From a virus, in the IMG/VR virus record IMGVR_UViG_3300032223_002658, positions 1 to 64,000 of that record: a DNA stretch of 64,000 nucleotides, one strand, 5' to 3'. Made by a program: the position numbers and the translations under genes. Below, in pieces: positions 10,105 to 20,097 of this stretch; within the stretch, counting starts at the first letter, position 1, and each line of letters begins with the position of its first letter. The notes beneath the pieces are model-generated. The model was given only the letters and a program-made list of their open reading frames with translations, did no database searches and was not told the DNA's origin.

Positions 10105-10701
10105 ATGTCAATATGGGGCGTAATATCACCCGGACTTACATATGGAGCATATGGTGTCTCAAGCGGTGTAGCCTCAATAGCAATTTCTGGTGCTGCTGGC
10201 GCAAATTCTGGCGCAATGCCTTTGTACATAGGATCTTACGAGACTCCTATAACCGGCACAACATCTCTGTTTTTGTCTTCTTTAGACCAATGTTTTACAT
10301 GGTCATCTCTTAATCAAGAATGGGTAAGATACAATAATACGACACTTGAATCTTGGAATGTAATGCCAACCAGTTGTTTGCAGGGTGCATACAAAACTCA
10401 GAAGACAACAGTATTTATGTCAGGATCAGCTACAGGAAGATTCACCTGTAGCATGCCTATGTTTGTTTGCAATAGCGGCGATGGCGTTGTTACTTCAACA
10501 ATGACGGCATTTATGTATGCCCCAGCATTTAATAATGCCTCTGGAACACTTTTTCTATCAGGATATAATACCGCCACGACATCAGTTGAAATATTCATTT
10601 CAGGAGAAAACTACTCAAAAGCAGCAAGCGGAACAATATTTACAAAAGGACACGACGAAGCATACATAGAGTCTGAACTGTATATTTTTGGGAAAGAGTA
10701 G
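10105..10701 (+). CDS. Virion structural protein with short beta repeats
   Basis: Recurring x-x-[LIVM]-[FY]-x-x-G units (MPLYIGS, TSLFLSS, TTVFMSG, GTLFLSG, VEIFISG, GTIFTKG, SELYIFG). Confidence 0.5.
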   Translation: MSIWGVISPGLTYGAYGVSSGVASIAISGAAGANSGAMPLYIGSYETPITGTTSLFLSSLDQCFTWSSLNQEWVRYNNTTLESWNVMPTSCLQGAYKTQKTTVFMSGSATGRFTCSMPMFVCNSGDGVVTSTMTAFMYAPAFNNASGTLFLSGYNTATTSVEIFISGENYSKAASGTIFTKGHDEAYIESELYIFGKE

Positions 10702-10711
10702 GTGTATAATA
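10701..10711 (+). promoter_or_regulatory. Putative late promoter motif GGTGTATAATA
   Basis: GTGTAT at 10702-10707, 8 nt before ATG 10716, no SD. Confidence 0.55.
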
Positions 10712-10715
10712 AATC

Positions 10716-11558
10716 ATGGGAACATCATTTTCAGGACAAACACCGAGCCAAACTTACAAAGATATATTACAAATATCTAATTCAAATGCTGGTATCCCAA
10801 CTGGGTTACGCGCTGTTTCTGACGGAAATGGCACTGATTCTGCTCTTAAAATATGCACAACTGGCGTTGATGTAAACGGAATATTCAGCATTAGTGGCAC
10901 TGTTCTAACAGCAACAGCAACTCAATTAAATAAGCTAAATAGATCCTCATCTGATGGATATCTTGAGGGTAATAAAGCTGTTGTTGCTGGCAGTAGCAGA
11001 CACCTTTATTTTAATGGTGGTGATGCAAATCTTCTTGGGTCTGGAGTATATCAAAACGGTAATTTAATAAATGCGAATCTTGACAGCATTTCATATGCCG
11101 GATACCAAGTAAGTGCAACAGGATCAACAGCTACTGGTTCATTTGTTGTATATCCAGCAAGCGGTCTTGTTCAAAGAGTAACTCTAAATCAGCCACTAAC
11201 GCAAATATCAATATCTGGATCTGCATATATAAATCAAGACGCAAGCGGAACAGCTGGTTTGCCAGCAACGTACTTTAGAAATTATCATGTAACTCTGGTA
11301 ACAATTCAAGATGCCGCAGGCGCTCGTGAAGTAGATTTCAATTCTTCAATAATTTGGCCAAGAACACAGTGGGCAAGTGGCTATTCAAAGCCAAGACTCA
11401 ACCCAGGCTATAATGCAACTGGAACACAGATGGACATATTTGAGTTTAGAAGTTTTGATTATGGCACTACTTGGTATGGCAACTATGTTGCGTCTGGATT
11501 GGTAAGTTCTTCAGCTGGACCCTTAGCTGAAGCTATAATAGATGGTGGATCTTTCTAG
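10716..11558 (+). CDS. Tail fibre/spike-like structural protein
   Basis: N-terminal TYKDILQI...VSDGNGTDSALKI and C-terminal QDAAGAREVDF...WP...DIFEFRSFDYGTTWYG are phage fibre-type motifs; ends IDGGSF. Confidence 0.6.
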   Translation: MGTSFSGQTPSQTYKDILQISNSNAGIPTGLRAVSDGNGTDSALKICTTGVDVNGIFSISGTVLTATATQLNKLNRSSSDGYLEGNKAVVAGSSRHLYFNGGDANLLGSGVYQNGNLINANLDSISYAGYQVSATGSTATGSFVVYPASGLVQRVTLNQPLTQISISGSAYINQDASGTAGLPATYFRNYHVTLVTIQDAAGAREVDFNSSIIWPRTQWASGYSKPRLNPGYNATGTQMDIFEFRSFDYGTTWYGNYVASGLVSSSAGPLAEAIIDGGSF

Positions 11559-11567
11559 GACTAAAAA

Positions 11568-13175
11568 ATGGCATTAGTTGTATATAACGGAAATTACATT
11601 GTCCCAGCGCCAGTGTTCACACTAACTGAAAACTATGTGCGAGCTGGCGATGGTACACCGCTTTCTGCTTCATATGAACTTGTTTTTAAAGGAACTTTGC
11701 TTCCAGACATTGGATCTCCTAGATCAGATGGTACATTTTCGACAACATACACAGCTGCAAACACAAGAGAAGCATCAATAAATACTGATGACGCAAGATT
11801 TGGATCAATTATTAGAAAACAACTGGCTCTTAGAAATTTATTTGCTATTAATCCAGGAGAAGCAACTACGGCAAGACCTGGTGGATTAGTAAAACCAGAA
11901 TACTTTTTGCAAATACTTACTGATGATGCAAGCAGCACAATTTTAAGATGCAGACCAATGATTGCATCTATATCATTCAGTGATGAAATCAATGTAATAA
12001 AAAATGAATTTACTATTACAATAAATACAAATGAGTTGAACATAACTGGAACTGATGCCCCAATAATAATACAACCATCATTTTCTGACTTTAAAGGATA
12101 TAATTTAAAATCAGCATCAGATTCAATTTCTACATCATTTGATTCTGATTATGAAGGAACTTATACAGTTACAAGATCAGTTTCAGCTCAGTCGTATAAA
12201 GTTTTTTATTCTGAAGCTGCTGGTTCTGGAATAACGGGATCATCTGCAAAAAGCAATAATGCAATGTCTATTGCTAAGTCCTGGGTTGGATCAAGAATAT
12301 CATCAACAGGATTGTATTTGGGAAACTACAGCAATGTAGTTCCTATAACAGGATACGAATTTGCTAATTATACCACAAGTGAGCAGGCAGATGATTTCGC
12401 TGGATCGTATTCAATTCAGCAAAACTGGAAGTATATAAGATCATCTTACAGTGGCGTAACTGATGACTACAGTATATCACTTACAAGCAGAGCCGCTGGC
12501 TCTTATGGAATATCATCAACTAATGGTTTTGACAAAGCTTTTAAAATATCAGGAAGCATAAAAGGTATAGCAACAGGTGTTTATGCTTATACAAAAGCAA
12601 AAAATTATTTTGACAATGTAATTTCTGCTTCTAATTTTGGAGTATTGAAAACAAGAATAGCTGATTCAAATGGAACATTTAATCCATTTATAGTTACAAA
12701 TGGATCAAGTATATATGGTCCTTATACAATGACCATATCTGAAAATAGGCGCGCAGGAACCATAAATTACGATGCAGAATTTAAAGAAAAACCTTTTTCA
12801 CTATCTACATCAAAATTCATAGATCTTGATGTCACGGTAAGTGAAAACAGAAGAGAAAATGTAATAGCTGAAATACCAATACCAGGAAAGTCAACTGGCC
12901 CAGTTATACAAGACATAAATACTACAAACACGGTTAAAAGAAACATAAATGCTAATTTTACTATAGCTACTGGTTTAGCTGGAGTTTATGCAAATATTGA
13001 TGATTACAGAAGCTCAGCAAGAGATTTTTTAAAGACAACGCTTGGAATATATCCCACAGGAACACAGGGAACACATTTTTGGATTTCAAATTTTAGTGAG
13101 TCAGTTGATGTTTCAAAAGGAACATATGTTTTTAACGCTACGGTTCTATTACCTGGCGAGACTGGAACAATTTAA
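11568..13175 (+). CDS. Tail tip / distal tail hub-like protein
   Basis: 535 aa, beta-rich and S/T-rich, downstream of tape measure. Confidence 0.5.
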   Translation: MALVVYNGNYIVPAPVFTLTENYVRAGDGTPLSASYELVFKGTLLPDIGSPRSDGTFSTTYTAANTREASINTDDARFGSIIRKQLALRNLFAINPGEATTARPGGLVKPEYFLQILTDDASSTILRCRPMIASISFSDEINVIKNEFTITINTNELNITGTDAPIIIQPSFSDFKGYNLKSASDSISTSFDSDYEGTYTVTRSVSAQSYKVFYSEAAGSGITGSSAKSNNAMSIAKSWVGSRISSTGLYLGNYSNVVPITGYEFANYTTSEQADDFAGSYSIQQNWKYIRSSYSGVTDDYSISLTSRAAGSYGISSTNGFDKAFKISGSIKGIATGVYAYTKAKNYFDNVISASNFGVLKTRIADSNGTFNPFIVTNGSSIYGPYTMTISENRRAGTINYDAEFKEKPFSLSTSKFIDLDVTVSENRRENVIAEIPIPGKSTGPVIQDINTTNTVKRNINANFTIATGLAGVYANIDDYRSSARDFLKTTLGIYPTGTQGTHFWISNFSESVDVSKGTYVFNATVLLPGETGTI

Positions 13176-16100
13176 TGCCAGCAGATGTTAAACTAAACGG
13201 GCCAATCAGATTTCTTGGATGCACAGTAACAAATTTTACTTGTAGTCTTGGTTTAAATTCAAATCCATCTGTAATGGATATACAGCTCGTTGAAGACATA
13301 CAGGATGATTTTAAAGCAGACAATTATGATTCTACTTTATCTACAGAGGCTGCAAGGATAGGATCTATAAAAGGAGGATCTTCATTTTTAGATGGAAATC
13401 CTGGACATTACGATTATTTTCAAAATGGAAATTTTAAATTTGGTGGCGTTGTTACAAGTTGGAGAAGAAATCATTCATCATCTGGAAGATTCATAAATGT
13501 TCAACTTTCAGATCCAAGAATGTTTTTAAAGGATATACCAGTTATTACAGACCACTATCCAACACAATTTGGTATTTCAGATCCATTCGATAACTATAAT
13601 GTATCAACACCGCTTAAAGATTATTCTAATCCAATAGCAGCAAGATGGACACTTGATGGTCTTCCTTGGGCAAGTTTACAAACGCATTTCTCTCTTCTGT
13701 CATTTAGATTTTTTGGAAAAACTTACAATATTTCTTTTGATAGTTCATTTTCTAGCAGAATAGCATATAATTATAGAGTCCCTCTGCAAAATGCATCATT
13801 AGATGAGATGATAAATAGGGCAGCAAGAGACAACAACATGGACTGGTTCGCTGCATGTAATTCAGATGCGGCCACAAATCCAAAGACGATAGTAATATAT
13901 GGAGTTAGAAGAGATAATCAATATTCACTAAATGATACAACTATGACTAATTTCATAGCTGGATTATCATCGAAAATATCAAACTATGAAGTAGGTCGTG
14001 AGCTTAGAACTGATCCAACAAAAGCAATATTTATAGGAGATCATAAAAGAACTCTTCAGGAAATAAGCTCTTTGTATCCAGTTTTTTATATTGGTGCAGA
14101 TGGATATATGTCAGATCAAGCTTTCATCGATTTAAGCTGCATACATAGCGATAGCTCAACTCTTGTTTCAAATTTACCTTCTATAACATTTCCAAATTTA
14201 AAATCTGTTCGGCAAGATGGTTCTGTTAGTTCAACTCAAGTATCAGATCCAACAACATCAAAATCAAGGGCTACAAGTGTTAAAAAAGGATACTTTGTAA
14301 ATGAATATATGTTGCGCGCAGCTCTTCATGGAAAAGAGGCGTGGGCAACTGCAGTATGGTATGGATTTAAATACATTTACACATCATTTACATATAAACT
14401 TTACAGTGCTTTTGATCAAAATAATAACATATTTAATGCATCAGGAAATTCTGTTGTAACCCTTAACAGTGCACAACTTTCCGCAATACCAGCAAAGATG
14501 GGTATATTCGCCCCTCCTTTCAACAGAGAATCACCTAGTTTTAATGATGTTCCAACGACAATAGACTCAACCATTGGAATACCATCACCAGAATCAGAGG
14601 CTATAAAAGAAGCGTGCTATCAAGCGACTCTTAGAGTTGCACAGGATTATTATGGAAGAGTCTTTGTTGGTTATATCGGAGACAGTCCAACTATAAATTC
14701 TATAAAATCAAACGGTGGATCTTATACTTATTTGCATAAAAAAATTCCAATTGAATTTGAAATTTGCGACGCTGCTCCAGCAATATCTGATCCAACAAAT
14801 GATAGCTCATTTATTTCTCTGCCATATGTATTTGCAAATAGTGAGTCTGGAGCATTTAGAAACGAGAACGGCCTATACAGACCATATATAACAATAGATT
14901 ATCAATTTATATCACAAATTTTTTACTCACCTAGAATAGACAACCTTGATCCAACATCATATTTAAAAATAAACAAATCTATTTCTTCAACATCTCAAGC
15001 AACAGATTCTAATTGCTACATAACAAGAGCAGATATTAGTATTGAACAAAATAAATTTGATCCAAGATATGTAACACTTACTCTTAATGAACCAATTTAT
15101 GTTGGTCTTGGCACAAGAAGATTTGGATCTATAACAACTTATAAAGGTGCAGATCCAGAAGTACAGTCAGACCCAAGATATCTTGGAATAACAAAAACTG
15201 CTTCATTTACTGATGGATATTCTGTGAATCCGTTAACCAAAAAAGATAAAAGCGGAGGAACACAAGAATTTATAAGCTGGTTATATTCAGATTATACAAT
15301 TGTGTCTGGTCCATTAACTGATTCAAACAGTAGATTTGTAGACATAGATCCAACAAATAAAAAAATAACTGGAAAAAAATATGTTGAGCTTCAAGGTGGT
15401 TTTTCAAAAGCATTTCAAGAAAAAATTGGTTTTGCAGAAAGCAGATATACTGGTGGAATTAATGGAGCAATGAAACTTGTAATTCCATTAAAATGGAATT
15501 TGTTAAGATATGGTCCATTTTTTGGAACATCATCAGATATAAATACCGCATTCAGACCGACACAAGTTCTTGAAGACACAAATCTTAATCCATGGAATTA
15601 CGGAAGTACTGCCAACATGATAGCTGCTGGAGACATAATGGCTGATAATTCTTCTGGCCAGGCATCTACTGTTGGATATGCATCAATAACAGTTGCTGAT
15701 TTACCAAACTATTCTATTGGATATGCATTAAAAACAGGAAGTGGTAATTCTGAAGCAATAATATCTAATCTTGCTGATATCTCGCTATCATATGGTATGA
15801 GTGGATTTACAACCACGTATAGATTCAAAACATTCTTTGGTCCAACCGGATTTAGAAAAAAGCAAGACATTGACTCAAGCCTTTATAACTCACATCGAAT
15901 AGCTGAATCTAAAAAAGAATTTATAAAACTTGATGCTCTTGTGAAAGATTTTCAGCCAGAATCTGGTAGAAGATTTATATATATTGATAAATCTAAATCA
16001 GTTTTATCTAGCGATAAAACAACTGGACAAGATAAAAACACATCGGTTGATGGATCTTATTTGATGTCAAATGCTGTTGTAAATATGGATGGGAGACCGT

Positions 16101-16423
16101 CTGTAACTGTAATATCAGCTGGCACAATAAAAGAAACAACAAATGCGGATGCTTCAATTCATGAACAATACGCATATTCTGGATTAGGAGAATTATTTAC
16201 TCCTATAACAAGTGCATATCCAGAAGTGACGCAGGCTGGTAGCACCCCACTTCCAAGTGTGCATGGAATACCAATTGGTGGTAGCGTAGCGTTTAATTAT
16301 CAGGCTCTACCATCAAACGTTTCATCTATAAAAGTTGATGCTGATTTAACAGCTGGTTCAGCTGAAATAATTCCTGCAATTGATCAAACTGGTTCTGGAG
16401 AAATTCCGGTAGAGGAAAGATAA
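13175..16423 (+). CDS. Baseplate hub / central tail tip protein
   Basis: 1082 aa; N-terminal FLGCTV...MDIQLVED...FGGVVTSW...VQLSDPR hub-like pattern; coupled to neighbours. Confidence 0.55.
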   Translation: MPADVKLNGPIRFLGCTVTNFTCSLGLNSNPSVMDIQLVEDIQDDFKADNYDSTLSTEAARIGSIKGGSSFLDGNPGHYDYFQNGNFKFGGVVTSWRRNHSSSGRFINVQLSDPRMFLKDIPVITDHYPTQFGISDPFDNYNVSTPLKDYSNPIAARWTLDGLPWASLQTHFSLLSFRFFGKTYNISFDSSFSSRIAYNYRVPLQNASLDEMINRAARDNNMDWFAACNSDAATNPKTIVIYGVRRDNQYSLNDTTMTNFIAGLSSKISNYEVGRELRTDPTKAIFIGDHKRTLQEISSLYPVFYIGADGYMSDQAFIDLSCIHSDSSTLVSNLPSITFPNLKSVRQDGSVSSTQVSDPTTSKSRATSVKKGYFVNEYMLRAALHGKEAWATAVWYGFKYIYTSFTYKLYSAFDQNNNIFNASGNSVVTLNSAQLSAIPAKMGIFAPPFNRESPSFNDVPTTIDSTIGIPSPESEAIKEACYQATLRVAQDYYGRVFVGYIGDSPTINSIKSNGGSYTYLHKKIPIEFEICDAAPAISDPTNDSSFISLPYVFANSESGAFRNENGLYRPYITIDYQFISQIFYSPRIDNLDPTSYLKINKSISSTSQATDSNCYITRADISIEQNKFDPRYVTLTLNEPIYVGLGTRRFGSITTYKGADPEVQSDPRYLGITKTASFTDGYSVNPLTKKDKSGGTQEFISWLYSDYTIVSGPLTDSNSRFVDIDPTNKKITGKKYVELQGGFSKAFQEKIGFAESRYTGGINGAMKLVIPLKWNLLRYGPFFGTSSDINTAFRPTQVLEDTNLNPWNYGSTANMIAAGDIMADNSSGQASTVGYASITVADLPNYSIGYALKTGSGNSEAIISNLADISLSYGMSGFTTTYRFKTFFGPTGFRKKQDIDSSLYNSHRIAESKKEFIKLDALVKDFQPESGRRFIYIDKSKSVLSSDKTTGQDKNTSVDGSYLMSNAVVNMDGRPSVTVISAGTIKETTNADASIHEQYAYSGLGELFTPITSAYPEVTQAGSTPLPSVHGIPIGGSVAFNYQALPSNVSSIKVDADLTAGSAEIIPAIDQTGSGEIPVEER

Positions 16424-17811
16424 TGGAAATACCAAGAGACACACATGGGCTAGTACCTGGAGATACCACACTAGCAAACCAAAAAACTAGACCAGTTCCA
16501 CAGGGTACTACTCCGGGAACAATTAACCCATTTGCAGCAAGATTTATCGGCTTATCATCACCAGTTGGAATAGCTGGATGGGGATATGATATATTTGGAA
16601 GACCATGCCCAGGAGCAATAAGTCTTCAAAAATTGAATGGGCGTGCGAATTCCGAAGGAACTGATATAAAAGATTATAGCCAAACAAGGTTTATCAGTGC
16701 AAATAGCTCAGCTGGATCAAAATTTCCAGGTGGTGGAGAATCATCACCAATGCATCATGTAGCTGGAATGCTGGATGTACGTTATGATCCAAGACATGGC
16801 CTTTGGAGAACCAATCATTATTTTCTAGCAGAGATAACTGGAGTAGTTTCAACTGGTAATTCTGTTTTTTCAAACAGATATTTGTGGAGAGAAGTTGAGA
16901 TACATAAAATAACAGATCCTGATCCAACAACACGATCATTTGATTCAATCGCAACAAGCCCATTCCCATATCCTGCAAGATCATTTGTTGACGCAAATAA
17001 CGCATTGATAAATTATGCGGTTAATTTATCTGAAAGTTCATCACATCCAAGCGACAGAATATTACATAAAATACCCTCTGGAACAATAGTTCAGATGCGA
17101 GCTATAAATGTAATTAAAAATTATACAGGTGATGATCCATATCTAAATGATTACCAACCGTTGTATATATTTGAGCAACCTGGATATAACAGCGTGTTTA
17201 TCAAAATAATTGGATATGATGGAACTTATCCAGCTCCACTTTCAGAAGGTGATGCAGCACCACTTGGAAATCAAGCTAATTATAACAATGGAAAGATGCA
17301 GAACCGTTGGCTGTACAGAGGAGTAGTTGTAGCATTTAGCGGAGCAAATATATTTAATGGCGGCTCTAGATATACAACTCCATTTGGAAAATTTGTTGAA
17401 GATGAATCAATACCAGAAAGCATTAGAAAAGTTCAATGCATCAATTTGATAGAGATGGGAAATCCAGCTGGAAATAGAGGGATGATATGCCCAGGAGTTG
17501 TTACTGCAACTGGAAATAATTTAACAGCATCAAACATTTGGCCTGATGGCATTCCAGGATCTATATCTCTAGCCGCAAACACAAAGTCCTCTTATCCAAA
17601 AGGTTTTGCGGTTCAGCCTATTTGCAGCGGAACAATAGTAGAGGCACGAAGACTTACATCGCCAAATGGCGTAGGGACATATGGCCCGGTTTATTATTTC
17701 CAAGTTCCTAATGCTCATGATGGTGGATGTTCAAGCGGCATTTGGCCTTTCTTTGGAGCTACAACAGAAGCTCCATTTGAGCCTTCAAATCCAGCAAGGA
17801 CAGGTGTATAA
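16423..17811 (+). CDS. Tail tip protein with an internally duplicated domain
   Basis: Two copies: NRYLWREV...AVNLSE...IPSGTIV...LYIF and NRWLYRGV...CINLIE...ICSGTIV...VYYF. Confidence 0.5.
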   Translation: MEIPRDTHGLVPGDTTLANQKTRPVPQGTTPGTINPFAARFIGLSSPVGIAGWGYDIFGRPCPGAISLQKLNGRANSEGTDIKDYSQTRFISANSSAGSKFPGGGESSPMHHVAGMLDVRYDPRHGLWRTNHYFLAEITGVVSTGNSVFSNRYLWREVEIHKITDPDPTTRSFDSIATSPFPYPARSFVDANNALINYAVNLSESSSHPSDRILHKIPSGTIVQMRAINVIKNYTGDDPYLNDYQPLYIFEQPGYNSVFIKIIGYDGTYPAPLSEGDAAPLGNQANYNNGKMQNRWLYRGVVVAFSGANIFNGGSRYTTPFGKFVEDESIPESIRKVQCINLIEMGNPAGNRGMICPGVVTATGNNLTASNIWPDGIPGSISLAANTKSSYPKGFAVQPICSGTIVEARRLTSPNGVGTYGPVYYFQVPNAHDGGCSSGIWPFFGATTEAPFEPSNPARTGV

Positions 17812-17813
17812 TA
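17803..17813 (+). promoter_or_regulatory. Putative late promoter motif GGTGTATAATA
   Basis: GTGTAT at 17804-17809, 8 nt before ATG 17818. Confidence 0.55.
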
Positions 17814-17817
17814 AAGT

Positions 17818-18462
17818 ATGGCAACAGTAACATTTTATGCTAATGAAAGCATTGGAGCGGTAAACAGCGGAAGCCAGAACATGAATGGTTCTGGAATAGG
17901 ATTTTTTGGTAATGGTGGGGCATTTGCCAGCGTAAAAATAAATGAATATCAAGACAGAACTTTTATCTGTGATGCTGGTGGAACTACCGTTGGCGCAGAA
18001 ATAGATAACGTAAAATATGTCAACTCAACTGGTGCGTTGATAAGCAGAGGTGGAACAACTGATGCAACACTATGGGTTAAAAACATACCAAACTATAAAT
18101 CAACGCTTAACATAAGATTTGAACATACTAGCGCTGTAAGAACACAAAATGCTAAAGTTCAAATATATGACAGAAGCAGTATCAGCAATCCACCATCTGG
18201 CGTAATTTGTCAAGTATGCGAGATAGTCCACCCTGAGGTTTCACAATCTGTAACAGGATCTGGTTCTTCTTCATGGACTGCTTGCAGCGGCTCTACATCA
18301 TATGTAAGTTTGATAGCAAGCCCAGGCACTAGCGGAATAAGACCATCTGGTTCAAGCACAACAGATGCGCAGCACGATTGGTATGTAGCTATATCTGCCA
18401 CTCCAACTGGGGTAGGATCGCAAACAAATTTTGGAATATACTTTACAACTGAATATTTATAA
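17818..18462 (+). CDS. Virion structural protein (paralog 1)
   Basis: Shares N[VI]KY..S..A.IS, NIPNY...LN.R, SGSG..SW, PG.SG and QHDWY with the next gene. Confidence 0.6.
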   Translation: MATVTFYANESIGAVNSGSQNMNGSGIGFFGNGGAFASVKINEYQDRTFICDAGGTTVGAEIDNVKYVNSTGALISRGGTTDATLWVKNIPNYKSTLNIRFEHTSAVRTQNAKVQIYDRSSISNPPSGVICQVCEIVHPEVSQSVTGSGSSSWTACSGSTSYVSLIASPGTSGIRPSGSSTTDAQHDWYVAISATPTGVGSQTNFGIYFTTEYL

Positions 18463-19124
18463 TGGTCGCAGCACCATCAACAACCTTAAGACTACAAACA
18501 GCTTCAGGAAGTTCACCATTTTCATCCTCAGAAGCTTTTGCTTTTGGTAATGCGGATAGCATAAACATACTAAGTTATCAAAAAATAGGTGACTACCAAA
18601 CCGCAACATTTTCCTCTCCAACCAAAGGAAATATTTCTGTAGGAGCTAGATTTAACAATATTAAATATCTAACATCATCAACAGCTGAAATATCAGCACT
18701 TGCTGTTGGTACTGGAACTGGTCCTACGTTAAGTTTGATAAATATACCAAATTACTGCGCCTCATTAAATGTGCGAACAACAAGCTCAATAAGCATAAAA
18801 GTAAATAAATGCAATGTTTATTTTCATAATGGAAGCACAAGTGGCGTGTCTCCAACACAGTTTGATATTAAATATTATGAGTGTTTCAATGTTAGTACTG
18901 GAACAGGAGTTTCTGGCTCAGGACTTACATCCTGGGGAACAATCGCTGCTTCATCAACTAGCTTTGTGCCACTGAGGGCAAATCCAGGAGTTTCTGGAAC
19001 AAATGCATCAGGAAGCGTAACGGCTGGAACTCAGCACGATTGGTATTTTTGTTTTTCTGCCACACCAGTCAGAACTTATTCTGCTGTATCATTTAATGTT
19101 TCGTGTATGATTGAATATGTGTGA
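18462..19124 (+). CDS. Virion structural protein (paralog 2)
   Basis: Tandem paralog of 17818-18462. Confidence 0.6.
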   Translation: MVAAPSTTLRLQTASGSSPFSSSEAFAFGNADSINILSYQKIGDYQTATFSSPTKGNISVGARFNNIKYLTSSTAEISALAVGTGTGPTLSLINIPNYCASLNVRTTSSISIKVNKCNVYFHNGSTSGVSPTQFDIKYYECFNVSTGTGVSGSGLTSWGTIAASSTSFVPLRANPGVSGTNASGSVTAGTQHDWYFCFSATPVRTYSAVSFNVSCMIEYV

Positions 19125-19135
19125 GGGTGTTTCAA

Positions 19136-19345
19136 ATGGAAGATAATGGCTGGATTGAATATAGAAAGCTAGTTATCAGTGAGCTTCAAAGATCAAATGA
19201 TAGATTAACTCGCATTGAGTCTGATATTACTGAAATTAAACAGAGATTGGCCATACTTCAAACAAAAGTCTATTTTGCATCAAGCACTCTTGCATTTTTA
19301 GTTTCTGCAGCAGTTGGAATGTTTACGACATCAATAAAAGGATAA
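19136..19345 (+). CDS. Small coiled-coil plus C-terminal TM protein (holin/XhlA-like)
   Basis: Heptad region RLTRIESDITEIKQRLAIL, then hydrophobic FASSTLAFLVSAAVGMF; start MEDNGW inferred. Confidence 0.5.
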   Translation: MEDNGWIEYRKLVISELQRSNDRLTRIESDITEIKQRLAILQTKVYFASSTLAFLVSAAVGMFTTSIKG

Positions 19346-19346
19346 T

Positions 19347-19613
19347 ATGTCAATAGAAAAATTACTAAAAACACTGGCCGTTTCAATAAATCCAAGACAA
19401 GAAATGCGTGATTCAGAAGATATGCCAGTTAAAATGTGTTGGTGTTGCCAAATGCCAGCAAGCGCAACCGATCTTTTCTACTATGCTGATAATCAAAATA
19501 AATGTTATTTTGCTTTATCTGGAAAGCCAGTTCAAAAGAGATGCGAAGAATGTCATTATCTTGGAGATGATTGGAAGAAAAAAGGTCCAACTTACGTCAA
19601 TAAACAGATGTAA
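19347..19613 (+). CDS. Small Cys-rich protein with MSIEK leader
   Basis: MSIEKLLKTLAVS leader; CWCC and CEECH motifs. Confidence 0.6.
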   Translation: MSIEKLLKTLAVSINPRQEMRDSEDMPVKMCWCCQMPASATDLFYYADNQNKCYFALSGKPVQKRCEECHYLGDDWKKKGPTYVNKQM

Positions 19614-19617
19614 AATT

Positions 19618-20097
19618 TTAAGGTTGGCAACCAACAAACATTTTAATTATAATTTGCTTGCAGATTGATTCAACAACATAAGCCTCAGATACAGTTAAAC
19701 GGTGACCAGCCCAAAAACGCTGGTCACCTTTCTTTGAGCTAATTTCAAATGCAAAGCCATCATCTAATTTATACATTTTCATTATAACATTGCCAGATTT
19801 ATTTTGATGGAAGAAACCTTTTCCTTTTCCGCTTTCATCAGCAGCACCTAAGAACGCTTTTCTTCCAGAAAGAACGCAGGCTATTTCTGCAATTTCTTCT
19901 GTATCAAGCTTGACTGTTTCAGAATCTTCCTTCCAAGAAAAGCGATTATTGCCATCAGAATCTTTTGATGCTTCTTGCTTTGCTACAGTAAGAAAAAAGT
20001 TACATGTTTTTGCGTTCCACTCCCAAGATGAAGCACACCCCTTGGTGTGATCTTTCATATTTGGTTTATAAATTTTGTATGCTGGATTGTATGACAT
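19618..20097 (-). CDS. Whirly/PC4-like ssDNA-binding protein
   Basis: YKIYK...FFLTVAKQ...RFSWKE...VKLDTEEIAEI...FFHQ...RLTVSEAYV resembles the Whirly/MRP repeat; next to an SSAP gene. Confidence 0.5.
   Translation of the reverse strand: MSYNPAYKIYKPNMKDHTKGCASSWEWNAKTCNFFLTVAKQEASKDSDGNNRFSWKEDSETVKLDTEEIAEIACVLSGRKAFLGAADESGKGKGFFHQNKSGNVIMKMYKLDDGFAFEISSKKGDQRFWAGHRLTVSEAYVVESICKQIIIKMFVGCQP

Noticed and set aside
4603-10229. Many short minus-strand ORFs opposite the tape measure and structural genes
   Set aside because: Antisense shadows produced by codon bias
19103-19108. GTGTAT copy upstream of the holin-like gene
   Set aside because: It lies within coding sequence and is followed by G rather than A/T; may be chance, so not counted
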